A stretch of DNA of 64,000 nucleotides from Patescibacteria group bacterium (GTDB lineage Bacteria > Patescibacteriota > Minisyncoccia > Phycocordibacterales > DATDWN01): NCBI GenBank assembly GCA_040384485.1, contig JAZKJH010000002.1, positions 150,235 through 214,234 on the forward strand, written 5' to 3'. Position 1 is the stretch's first letter. Every line of letters begins with the position of its first letter. Made by a program: the position numbers and the translations under genes. The notes under the pieces were generated by a model, which made no database searches, was not told the DNA's origin, and saw only the letters and a program-made list of their open reading frames with translations. This document shows positions 55,083 to 64,000 of the stretch, one piece after another.

Positions 55083-55660
55083 ACGAATAAATACAGGTTA
55101 ACATTTATATCAGAAATATAAAAATAAAAAAACCGCGTTCCAGAAACTGGAAGCGGAGTGCTTTGAAACAAGAACTGAAGGTTTCCCCTGGCCCCCTAAC
55201 ACAGAATTGTATTAGGGGAACCAGGTTTCGTTGACCTAGATCACTATCAGACAGGCTACTGTTTGACTATATGACGCCGAGCTCGAACGGAGCTGGGCAT
55301 AGTCGGATCCACATTACCAAGCAGATCACAGTAAACCGGGTCAAGGTCGAAGAGTGTCCAGCTCCTCAACTTTCAAGTCTGACGAGATGTGGACACCACC
55401 GAGCGAGGCTCGATAGCATCTCTGAGAAGAGCCTTGGCATAACAACACCCTAAGCAGCACACCGTCACCCGTTTTTTTTCTTTTGGTAGGCGGGGCGGCC
55501 ACTCAGTACCCATTAAGGCCATTGGGATTCCTTTAGCTTCTCGTTAGCAATCTTTTACTACTTTAGCATACTATATAATATTTGTCAAATATTCAGAGCT
55601 TTAATATAAAAATAACCCTTAAATAAGGGTTATTTTTATATAGTTCGAAAATTTAGAATT

Positions 55661-56116
55661 TTACTCTACCTTGAGAAGTTCTACTTCAAAAATTAGTGTC
55701 GATCCCCCTGGTATAGGTCCATAGTCATTCATCCCATATCCCAACTCTGGTGGCACTGAAAGCAGTCTTCTGCCTCCAACTCGCATACCCTCTATACCCT
55801 TATCCCAACCTTCTATCACCTGCCCTACTCCTAACACAAACTGAAATGGTTCTTTTCTGTTAACTGAACTATCAAAAACAGTTCCATCTACAAAACGTCC
55901 TGTGTAATGAACAACAACTCTTTTACCTGCTACTGCTAGATCACCTGTTCCAGGTGCTGTCTCTTCTATTAAAACTTCTGGTGTATTATCTGACACTTGA
56001 TTTGTATTATCGTTATTAATTAAAGAAAGAAAATATTGACCGAATAGAAAGAAAAATCCAACAACAAAGACCGCGACAACAACTGCTATCCATTCTTTTG
56101 TATCTAATGTTTTCAT
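55661..56116 (-). CDS. FKBP-type peptidyl-prolyl isomerase, TM-anchored
   Basis: VHYTG..DGTVFDSS, VIEGWDKG, IPGGSTLIFEVEL. Confidence 0.95.
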   Translation of the reverse strand: MKTLDTKEWIAVVVAVFVVGFFFLFGQYFLSLINNDNTNQVSDNTPEVLIEETAPGTGDLAVAGKRVVVHYTGRFVDGTVFDSSVNRKEPFQFVLGVGQVIEGWDKGIEGMRVGGRRLLSVPPELGYGMNDYGPIPGGSTLIFEVELLKVE

Positions 56117-56152
56117 GAACAATATTATATCCCAGTGTGCTATAATTTCAAA

Positions 56153-57178
56153 ATGAACAACAAACAATCTCGAGGATCAGGAAAAAAATCATACGGACAT
56201 CAGTCACTTCGTGCTAATGCGCGACGTATCCCGCAAATTACAAAAGCGAATGCAACGAGCATGGAGAGAAACAACCGAACTAAGCCGAGCAGTAGCCGTG
56301 ATGGCTATAACCGAACAAAGTCGAGCAGTGGCCCTCGTGGCTACAACCGCGCTAGCCCCGAGAGTAGACCTGGTATTTTTAATCCCGCTAAGCCTGAGGG
56401 TGGAATAGGTAGTGCACGAAGCAAACCTAAATCTAACAGAAAAAGAAAAGCTGCTTTGCCAGTAGTGAACAATGACACCTACCCTATGCGAGTAAACAAA
56501 TACCTGGCACATAGAGGTATCGCTACTCGAACTGGAGCAGATGAGCTGATAAAAAGCAGTAAAGTTCTAATAAACGGAATTCTTGCAAAACTAGGTGACA
56601 AAGTCACAGAAAAGGACAAAGTAGAAGTCCGCGGGGTTCACCAAAAGAAAAATTATATCTATCTAGCTTACAACAAGCCGAGAGGTATCGTGAGTACTAA
56701 CCCTCAAAGAGACGAAAAAGGAATTCTGGAAAACATCAAGACTAAGACAAAAGTATTCCCTGTTGGTAGACTCGACAAAGATTCCCATGGTTTAATTATC
56801 CTAACCAACGACGGAAGAATAACTGATAGGCTCCTGAACCCCGCCAACGAGCACGAAAAGGAATACATAGTAGAGGTAGACCGAAAGTTCACTCCTGCGT
56901 TTCAAAAACACATGGAAGAGGGAGTTGATATTGGCGACCCAGAACCAACTAAACCTGCTCAGTTTAAAAAACTAAAAGAAGACAGATTTAAAATAATTTT
57001 AAAAGAGGGGCGCAACAGACAAATCCGTAGAATGACTGAGAAGCTCGGATATACAGTCAGAGATCTACAGAGAGTCCGTGTCCAAAACATTGAACTAGGT
57101 AAGATTCCCCAGAACTCTTATGTGGAAATAACTGGTGAAGACAGAACACAATTTCTTAAAAGCCTCAACTTGGAGTAA
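56153..57178 (+). CDS. rRNA pseudouridine synthase (RsuA/RluB/RluF family)
   Basis: S4 domain MRVNKYLA, NKPRG, VGRLDKDS, EGRNRQIRRM. Confidence 0.93.
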   Translation: MNNKQSRGSGKKSYGHQSLRANARRIPQITKANATSMERNNRTKPSSSRDGYNRTKSSSGPRGYNRASPESRPGIFNPAKPEGGIGSARSKPKSNRKRKAALPVVNNDTYPMRVNKYLAHRGIATRTGADELIKSSKVLINGILAKLGDKVTEKDKVEVRGVHQKKNYIYLAYNKPRGIVSTNPQRDEKGILENIKTKTKVFPVGRLDKDSHGLIILTNDGRITDRLLNPANEHEKEYIVEVDRKFTPAFQKHMEEGVDIGDPEPTKPAQFKKLKEDRFKIILKEGRNRQIRRMTEKLGYTVRDLQRVRVQNIELGKIPQNSYVEITGEDRTQFLKSLNLE

Positions 57179-57205
57179 ACCTCGAAACCTAATATAATAG
57201 AAAGC

Positions 57206-57973
57206 ATGACAGACCAAAATAAAGATTTTATCGAGGGAGATAAACCAACAGAAGAAAAACAGATAATCAATGTAGCACTCAAGGATGCCCCAGTGCGAAC
57301 CATAACCAAAAAGGAGCTCCATGAGACAGCTGTAGAAAGAACTCATCACATAACCCGAGAATTTACTGACAGCTTCAACTTTCTAAAAAAATTCCCCAAA
57401 TCAGTTAGTTTTTTTGGAGGAGAAAGAATAAATGAAGATGATCCTTACTATGAAAAGACGCGTTCACTCGCAAACCTCATCGTAAAAAGACTTAATTACG
57501 CTGTAGTTACTGGAGGAGGAAGAGGAATAATGGAAGCTGCCAACATGGGAGCGGCTCAAGCTGGAGGAAAATCTATTGGACTAACAATCGAGCTTCCAAA
57601 CCATTTGATTCAAAATGCGTTCATAAACGCCAACCTAAACTTCCATTACTTTTTTAGTAGAAAAGTGGCACTAGCTTTTGCAGCCGAAGCTTACATCTTT
57701 CTACCAGGAGGATTTGGAACCTTCGATGAATTCTTTGAAATCCTAACCCTAGTTCAAACCAAAAAGATAGAAGCTGTTCCTATTATCCTAGTTGGAGGAG
57801 AGTTCTGGAGAAGTTTTGATGAGGTGATAAAAAAAGAAATGCTTACTCGAGGGACAATAGATGAGCATGAGACAAGTTTGTATACAATAACAGATGACGA
57901 GGAAGAAATAATACAAATAATACAGAACGCTCCCGTTCGAAACGGCATCGACCTATCCACTCATACAGACTAG
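57206..57973 (+). CDS. LOG family protein (TIGR00730-like)
   Basis: TGGGRGIMEAAN, FFSRK, PGGFGTFDE. Confidence 0.9.
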   Translation: MTDQNKDFIEGDKPTEEKQIINVALKDAPVRTITKKELHETAVERTHHITREFTDSFNFLKKFPKSVSFFGGERINEDDPYYEKTRSLANLIVKRLNYAVVTGGGRGIMEAANMGAAQAGGKSIGLTIELPNHLIQNAFINANLNFHYFFSRKVALAFAAEAYIFLPGGFGTFDEFFEILTLVQTKKIEAVPIILVGGEFWRSFDEVIKKEMLTRGTIDEHETSLYTITDDEEEIIQIIQNAPVRNGIDLSTHTD

Positions 57974-58009
57974 ATATAAAACAAAACCGGGAATATTCCC
58001 GGTTTTGTT

Positions 58010-58213
58010 TTATATCTTCTTTTTAATCTCTACGAATTCGTTCTCGATCTCTTTAAGTCGTTCTTTTGAATTTTTTATTATCTCTGCCCCTTCCTTTACC
58101 AACTCCAAACCCTTTTCCACATCAAGTTCACTCTCATTCTCAAACCACGAAACTATCTGGTTTAGTCTTTTCAATCCCTCATTCAAGCTACCTTTTTGTG
58201 TTGTCTTTTTCAT
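58010..58213 (-). CDS. xseB: exodeoxyribonuclease VII small subunit
   Basis: LKRLNQIV...LDVEKGLELVKEG; follows xseA. Confidence 0.88.
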   Translation of the reverse strand: MKKTTQKGSLNEGLKRLNQIVSWFENESELDVEKGLELVKEGAEIIKNSKERLKEIENEFVEIKKKI

Positions 58214-58223
58214 AATGTATATT

Positions 58224-59462
58224 TTATTTTACTGTTCCTTTGATTATACCGTCAGAAACTGTTACTTCCAAACTATCCCCTTTGTCGACATCCTTCACAC
58301 TCCTTAGAACCTTATTGCCGACCTTAACAATACTATATCCTCTTTTTAGTTGTCTCTCGGGGCTCAATTGAGTTATTGATCTACTGTGTTGACTGAGCTT
58401 CTCTTCAGCACGCGAGACTAACCCAGCAAATCCTTTTTCCAAATCACGCTTACTTCTCTCAACTCCTTTTAAAACTTCGGCCAATACAAAATCTATTTTG
58501 GAAATTCCCCTCGCCATAGCTTCGTCACTTTTACGGAATGTTTCAAAAATGGAATTAAAACTTTCTTGAATCTCAACTTTTGCATTCTCAACTAAAAACT
58601 GTTTGTCACGCAAAACTCTACTGAACTCAGAAAAAATTCTTTCTTCCGCAAAATTAACCGTCCCCAAAGCCTCTGCCCAGCTTTTGTTTAATATATTTGC
58701 AACAGCAGTAGGAGTCGAAACATTTTTGTCAGACACCATGGAAACAAGTGGAGCATCCTTGTCGTGCCCTATTCCGGTAATAACTGGCACGGGGAAATCC
58801 GCGACTGCTCTCACCAACATCTCATTATTAAAAGCCTGAAAGGACTCGAGTGAACCCCCTCCGCGCATAATAACGAGAACATCTATATCTACTTTTTTCA
58901 AAGTATTTACTGCTAATAGCAAGTCCTTTATTGCATCTAAGCCTTCTACCTTAGAATCGACAAACTGAACTTCATAACCAAACTTCCCAATGTTTGAAAG
59001 AAAGTCATGAATCACCGCGCCACTTTTAGAGGTTATCACTCCTATTTTGTTCGGATATTCTGGAAGTTTCCTTTTTCTATCTATACTAAACAATCCTTCG
59101 TCACTAAGTTTCTTTTTAAGTTTCTCATATGCCATTTGTAAGGCTCCTTCTCCAACCATCTCTATATGCTCTACCTGGAGAGACAAACTACCGTTAGGTT
59201 TATATATCGCAGGATAGGCAGTCAGTATAACTTCTACTCCTTCTAGTAAGGTTACTCCGGAAATTTTGTAGTCATTCTTCCACATAAAGCACTTTATGGT
59301 ACTACCATCTTCCTTATCTTTCACCGAGTAATACATATATGAACGACCTGGATATTCTTGTATACCTGAAATCTCTCCTAGAATACGAGTTCTGGCGGCT
59401 TTTAGTCCGGCATTTACTGTATCAAGATATTTACTGACTGTTAGTATCTCCTGTGACAACAT
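58224..59462 (-). CDS. xseA: exodeoxyribonuclease VII large subunit
   Basis: GEISG, GVITSKSGAVIHD, RGGGSLE, GIGHDKD, TPTAVA, LKRGYSIV. Confidence 0.95.
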   Translation of the reverse strand: MLSQEILTVSKYLDTVNAGLKAARTRILGEISGIQEYPGRSYMYYSVKDKEDGSTIKCFMWKNDYKISGVTLLEGVEVILTAYPAIYKPNGSLSLQVEHIEMVGEGALQMAYEKLKKKLSDEGLFSIDRKRKLPEYPNKIGVITSKSGAVIHDFLSNIGKFGYEVQFVDSKVEGLDAIKDLLLAVNTLKKVDIDVLVIMRGGGSLESFQAFNNEMLVRAVADFPVPVITGIGHDKDAPLVSMVSDKNVSTPTAVANILNKSWAEALGTVNFAEERIFSEFSRVLRDKQFLVENAKVEIQESFNSIFETFRKSDEAMARGISKIDFVLAEVLKGVERSKRDLEKGFAGLVSRAEEKLSQHSRSITQLSPERQLKRGYSIVKVGNKVLRSVKDVDKGDSLEVTVSDGIIKGTVK

Positions 59463-60063
59463 TTTTTCTTTGTTTATATTTTCTATACAAGTACTCACCT
59501 ACCGCAGGAATAATAGAAACCAAAACGACTCCGATCATAATAGGCATAAGTAGACTGTCAGGGTTTGGAATAACACCTCCAAGATAATATCCTAGAAGTG
59601 GCAAGCTCAATGCCCATACCAAACCTCCCCAAACTGTATAATGCAAAAACTTTCTGTAGTTCATCTCAGCAGCTCCTGCAAAAGTTGGACCAAAAGAACG
59701 AACAACTGTCACAAACCTTCCAAACAAAATCATTTTCCCTCCGTATTTATTATAAAAATTTTCTGTGTAATCTATGTGTCGCTTTTTGAACCAATACTTG
59801 TCGTTGCTCGCAATAATAAAATCTCTCATTCGTTTCCCGAAAATATAACTAACGATATAACTACCTACTCCAGCCAAAAAGAAAGTGAGTATTAGTAAAG
59901 GTATACTAAAGTATCCTTGAGATGCCAAAACTCCAGAAAGAAACAACATACTGTCACCTGGCAATATAAAAGTAGGAGGCAAAGATTCCAAGAAAACTAT
60001 CACAAATAGGGCTATGTAAGCAAAGTACCCAAAATAATCAATTATCTGTACCAAATATTCCAT
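59431..60063 (-). CDS. DedA family membrane protein
   Basis: FLES...LPGDSMLF, GRFVTVVRSF, AGAAEM. Confidence 0.92.
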   Translation of the reverse strand: MEYLVQIIDYFGYFAYIALFVIVFLESLPPTFILPGDSMLFLSGVLASQGYFSIPLLILTFFLAGVGSYIVSYIFGKRMRDFIIASNDKYWFKKRHIDYTENFYNKYGGKMILFGRFVTVVRSFGPTFAGAAEMNYRKFLHYTVWGGLVWALSLPLLGYYLGGVIPNPDSLLMPIMIGVVLVSIIPAVGEYLYRKYKQRKNVVTGDTNSQ

Positions 60064-60205
60064 CCAGATATTGTAGCACAGGGTTTTTGGATATGAAAAA
60101 GAATTGAAAATTATTTGACATAAAGATAAATTAATGTATAGTTTTCCCAGGACACCATACAGGTGTACAGGTGCTAGCGTACCTACTTCCAATGGAGAAA
60201 ACGCG

Positions 60206-60646
60206 ATGGCAAAGAAAGTAACGCTCTTTATCGACATTTCACTCAAGGCCCAGCTGAAAAGGAGGGAGGAGGAAATGGAGCCCTCTCCCGGTTTTTCCTC
60301 AGCAATGTCCATGTACTCCGCATTCATCAACCTCTCCATGAATCCATTCTGTGTGGGTTCCCTGGCTGAGATTGATGACAGTTTGCTTGGAAAGTTCTTG
60401 GACAAGAAGGGTAACACTTCGGATGAAGTGTTCAAGGTCTCTTCAAGAGTAGAAGCGAGCATGCGATACTTGCGGGCCAACGACCTTCCGATCGTGAGAT
60501 TGGAAGTGCAGTGCTTTGCAAAGTTCAGCAAGAAATCGCTTGCCGTCTACGCCTTTGATTTCGATGAAGACAACGGAAGAAACGTCGACATCAGAGGATT
60601 CGTCGATGAAGAAGAGTTTAAGGAACTCTTCATGGCTTCACTGTAG
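60206..60646 (+). CDS. hypothetical protein
   Basis: TTGACA at 60115, SD ggag, terminator gggctacc/ggtagccc+T run. Confidence 0.65.
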   Translation: MAKKVTLFIDISLKAQLKRREEEMEPSPGFSSAMSMYSAFINLSMNPFCVGSLAEIDDSLLGKFLDKKGNTSDEVFKVSSRVEASMRYLRANDLPIVRLEVQCFAKFSKKSLAVYAFDFDEDNGRNVDIRGFVDEEEFKELFMASL

Positions 60647-60733
60647 GCGACCCGGGCTACCACACATTGATTTGTGCGGTAGCCCTTTTTTTATACATAA
60701 ATAAAAACCCCGTCGAAACGGAGTTTTTATTTA

Positions 60734-62020
60734 TTAGTCTAAGAATGTCAGAGCCTTTCCTTTTCTTCCTGCTCTTCCTGTTCGTCCTATTCGGTGAACA
60801 TAGTCTTCGTATGTAGCTGGCAAGTCAAAGTTGATAACGTGAGAAACTCCACTGATATCCAAGCCTCTAGCCGCAACGTCTGTTGCTACTAGTATTTGAG
60901 CTCTATCCTCTTTAAAGTTCTTAAGAGATCTTTGTCTTGCAGACTGATTTTTGTCGCCGTGAATAGACTCAGCCTTAAATCCCCTGTCTCTCAAAACTGT
61001 TGTTAATTTCTCAACACCATGTTTTGTTCTACCGAAAATAAGGACTTTCCCAAAGTCTGGTTGAATAAGCATGCTGTGTAGTACATCAAGTTTATTTTCA
61101 CCTCTAGCAACTCGCACCACGTCTTGGTCAACGTTTTTAGAAGTATCTTGAGTCTTTACAGAAATCATAACAGGTTCGTTTAGGAACTCTTTTATTAGTC
61201 CGTTTACTTCTGGAGACGTGGTCGCTGAGAAAAACAGAGTGTGTCTGTTTTTCGGCATTTCCTTCATCATAAAGCGCATATCGTTTACAAACCCCATGTC
61301 TAGCATTCGGTCTGCTTCGTCCAATACAATAGTTTTAAAGTGTTTGAGTTCAAGAACTTTTTTCTCCATAAGATCTTTTAGTCTTCCAGGTGTTCCGATA
61401 ACGAATTCATTTCTATATCGTAGTGCTCTTATCTGCGGACCTATTGGAGCTCCTCCCACGCACACAACTGAATATATTTTCATTTTATCTAAAAAGCCTT
61501 TCAACTCTTCTTCGATTTGTATCGCAAGTTCTCGAGTTGGAACAACAACCAAAATATTTTCATTTGGTTGAGTAATAACTTTGTTTATAAGAGGTATTAG
61601 AAAGGCCGCAGTTTTACCTGTTCCTGTGTTTGCAATACCAACTAGATCCATTCCTTTTAGAATATGTGGAATAGCCTTGTCTTGAATAGGTGTTGGAGTT
61701 GTATAACCTTTCTTCAGAATGTTTGCTTTCAAACTTTCGTCTATCAAAAAATCTGTAAAGTTATGATCTGGAACAAAGTGCACTACTTCTTCAGTAATAA
61801 CAGCTTTGCTTACAAACAAACTTGGGTTGATGTGTTTACTGTGGCCACCTCCACCTCGTCCTCCTCCACGAGAAAATCTACCTCCACCTCCGCTGGATGG
61901 CCTAACACTTGGTCTTCTTCTGTCAGCGTAACCTCCTCTAGCAGGAGTGCTTGATTTGCCTGCAAATGCAGGTCTTTTGAAAGTTCTGGTTCCAGAACTT
62001 CTTGGTGTATTTCTTTCCAT
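60734..62020 (-). CDS. DEAD-box RNA helicase
   Basis: PTPIQ, GTGKT, PTRELA, DEAD, SAT, ARGLD, HRIGRTGR. Confidence 0.97.
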   Translation of the reverse strand: MERNTPRSSGTRTFKRPAFAGKSSTPARGGYADRRRPSVRPSSGGGGRFSRGGGRGGGGHSKHINPSLFVSKAVITEEVVHFVPDHNFTDFLIDESLKANILKKGYTTPTPIQDKAIPHILKGMDLVGIANTGTGKTAAFLIPLINKVITQPNENILVVVPTRELAIQIEEELKGFLDKMKIYSVVCVGGAPIGPQIRALRYRNEFVIGTPGRLKDLMEKKVLELKHFKTIVLDEADRMLDMGFVNDMRFMMKEMPKNRHTLFFSATTSPEVNGLIKEFLNEPVMISVKTQDTSKNVDQDVVRVARGENKLDVLHSMLIQPDFGKVLIFGRTKHGVEKLTTVLRDRGFKAESIHGDKNQSARQRSLKNFKEDRAQILVATDVAARGLDISGVSHVINFDLPATYEDYVHRIGRTGRAGRKGKALTFLD

Positions 62021-62308
62021 TTGAATTTAAAATTGAGGTGTTTAAGGAACTTGTACTAATTTACAAAATTCAGATCTCGTAAGTTCAAAATGGTGCAATG
62101 CATCCAACAATTAGAGAATTTATCTCTTAAAGAAACTAGTGAGAATTACTCAATGCAATAACTATATATTATCAGCCATTTTTTGTCAACGTAAAACTTG
62201 ACATATGTCGTATAAAATGCTATCATTATACCCAGATTTTGTGTGCGCGGCTGGTCCAAGAGGACTAGGTGTATACAAACAGAACGTTTGACAGAAAGGC
62301 AACAAAGC

Positions 62309-63532
62309 ATGAAAAAATGGTTTGTTCTCGTCGCTTTGCTTTTGTTTGTGGGGTTCGCTCCTCAGATGGAAGCGCAGTCATTGCAAGAAACGCACCCGCG
62401 TCCTCTTGAGCAGTACACCGTTCAGCAAGGAGACACTCTGTGGAGTCTTGCTGGTGAACACTTGAACTCACCCTTGGGGTGGGAACAGTTGTATCAGTCG
62501 AATCCATTCCTCCGGGAACCAGGGCGACGGTGGATCACAGAAGACGGCAAGGTTGTCGTACTTTTGAAACCGGGCGAAGTCCTCAATGGGCTCAATGTGC
62601 TCGGATTCAGAGAAACACCTCGTCCAGACCTTCTTTCAACACTGAAAGGTGAAACAAAGATAGTCGAGATGCTTCCAGAGTGGGCCTGGATTCTATTTGT
62701 AGCGCTGGTTCTGCTAATCATCTTATTAGTGATGCTGGCAAACTGGCAGTACAATCGATACCATAAAACTCGGGATCGCCTTCGTGACGACATCAGCTCA
62801 TTGGAAGCAATGACTGCTGACAGAGACGAGGCACTGCGCTTATATGCAGATCCTGTGAACTCTGGACCGCCGATGGTTCCTGGAGGAGTAAACCTCGAGA
62901 CTGCTCCGCAACACTTCCAAAACATGGGAGTTCGCGAATGGGCATCTGCAACAGGAGGACGGATTGTTGAGCCGGATCGTATCCAGATTCTCAGCATCAT
63001 TCCTGGTCACGCATGGGGCCGACTCTCAGTCCGATACCGCAATGGTACGCTGCCTGAGGAACGGGTATTGACTGGTCAGCGGGTCTTCCGTGGTCAGGTA
63101 CGCATGCCTGATGGTACGGAGGAAACTCTGTACATGTTGCAGGGTTGCGGAAACGACGTTCGCTTTTCGGGAAACAGAAATGTTCCTGGAGCCGACTTCC
63201 GTTTCGTTCCCGACAGCGAGCAGGTTCCGGCACCCCGTGTTGAAACCCCGGCTCCGCCGACACCTGTTGCAACCGCAACGGTGGCGACAAGCAACCGAAA
63301 TGAGACTGGAACAGTTCCAGTCACACCTCTGGTTGATCGAGTTGAACAGCTTGGACACGAGGTCAAGCAGATGCTCGAGACCGAAATCAACACGGACCTC
63401 AGGTTTGTGTTCAAGCGTCGAAGGACTGACGGACGTCCGATGCTGATCGAGGTGAATGGCATCGACACGAACGAAACTGAATTCACGGTCAACGTGACCG
63501 AATCTTCAGTCTCTCTTCGATACATGAACTAA
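62309..63532 (+). CDS. LysM-domain single-pass membrane protein
   Basis: Signal peptide, YTVQQGDTLWSLA...WEQLYQSNP, internal TM, long C-terminal region; TTGACA at 62198, terminator about 63553-63587. Confidence 0.8.
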   Translation: MKKWFVLVALLLFVGFAPQMEAQSLQETHPRPLEQYTVQQGDTLWSLAGEHLNSPLGWEQLYQSNPFLREPGRRWITEDGKVVVLLKPGEVLNGLNVLGFRETPRPDLLSTLKGETKIVEMLPEWAWILFVALVLLIILLVMLANWQYNRYHKTRDRLRDDISSLEAMTADRDEALRLYADPVNSGPPMVPGGVNLETAPQHFQNMGVREWASATGGRIVEPDRIQILSIIPGHAWGRLSVRYRNGTLPEERVLTGQRVFRGQVRMPDGTEETLYMLQGCGNDVRFSGNRNVPGADFRFVPDSEQVPAPRVETPAPPTPVATATVATSNRNETGTVPVTPLVDRVEQLGHEVKQMLETEINTDLRFVFKRRRTDGRPMLIEVNGIDTNETEFTVNVTESSVSLRYMN

Positions 63533-63600
63533 CACTCCCTCGGGAGTACACACTGGTTAGGGCTCACGCGCTCTAACCAGTTTTTTTAATACAAAAATAT

Positions 63601-64000
63601 TTAGAATTTTTTCCGCCAAGATCTATCCAAACTCAAAGTTGTAGCTTGCGTATTTGCTACCATAAGTAATATCGCCATAAGTAACATAATAGGATTTGCG
63701 CTCACTGTTCCAGCAAAAAGGAAATTGTAATTCATAAAAGCACCGAAGAAGGATGCAAGGTAGGTAAACAAACCGAAAATAAGTCCTAGTCCTACAAATA
63801 TTTCTCCGAACGTTATCAGGTATGACCAAATTTCAATATAAGGAACGACTGCATTCTCAAGAAACCAGGCGTACCACATAGAAACATCAGGGTGCTCACC
63901 TCCAGTTTTCGCCAGAGCTCCTTTAACAAAACCTGTCATAGCAGCTCCAGCGTTATCTCCTACCCAAGCAGTGTTTGTAACTTTTTCATATCCAGCATGC
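63601..64000 (-). CDS. DoxX/DoxD-family membrane protein (5' end outside window)
   Basis: WYAWFLEN, GEIFVGLGLIFG, FMNYNFLFAGTVSANP, SLD. Confidence 0.85.
   Translation of the reverse strand, partial: HAGYEKVTNTAWVGDNAGAAMTGFVKGALAKTGGEHPDVSMWYAWFLENAVVPYIEIWSYLITFGEIFVGLGLIFGLFTYLASFFGAFMNYNFLFAGTVSANPIMLLMAILLMVANTQATTLSLDRSWRKKF

Noticed and set aside
55250-55525. Alternative genetic code (TGA read as Gly/Trp) or selenocysteine
   Set aside because: Core genes read through without internal TGA, TGA ends several accessory genes, and no sel genes or adjacent SECIS were recognised.
59431-60531. 366-aa DedA ORF with a long N-terminal extension
   Set aside because: The extension is the antisense of the 60206-60646 gene; DedA similarity and a -10 element point to the ATG at 60063.
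383-63525. Numerous antisense and overlapping ORFs in the track (e.g. 17215-17913 +, 22764-23336 +, 62494-63000 -)
   Set aside because: They are shadows of well-supported genes on the opposite strand, with no motifs or start signals.

Overview
Bacterial chromosomal segment read with genetic code 11. The AT-rich, compact core genes, shortened L13/AlaRS/UvrC and CPR-typical hypotheticals suggest Patescibacteria (Parcubacteria-like); this taxonomy is an inference. Core content: infA-rpmJ-rpsM-rpsK-rpsD-rpoA-rplQ-rplM-rpsI, alaS, mnmA, leuS, ychF, ddl, a cardiolipin synthase-like gene, uvrABC, tgt, xseAB, a DEAD-box helicase, two mltG paralogues and two divergent tRNA-Ala genes. About 20 self-contained accessory transcription units are wedged between the core genes. 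Most have a sigma70-like promoter, a Shine-Dalgarno and an intrinsic terminator, and look more GC-rich by eye, whereas many core genes look leaderless. Most interesting: (1) a five-gene operon joining a coiled-coil protein, a membrane-anchored PspA/ESCRT-III-like protein, a substrate-binding-protein/OmpA-C fusion and an ABC permease/ATPase; (2) a ~220-nt highly structured orphan ncRNA between a perfect promoter and a terminator (36772-36993); (3) fold-back and duplicated 3'-end elements at rpsI and tRNA-Ala(GGC), and a tRNA-Ala(UGC) 5'-half copy split by a palindromic insert; (4) three paralogous two-TM microproteins missed by the ORF track. No integrase, transposase, CRISPR array or rRNA was recognised. 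All calls are from reading the sequence by eye; no searches were run.
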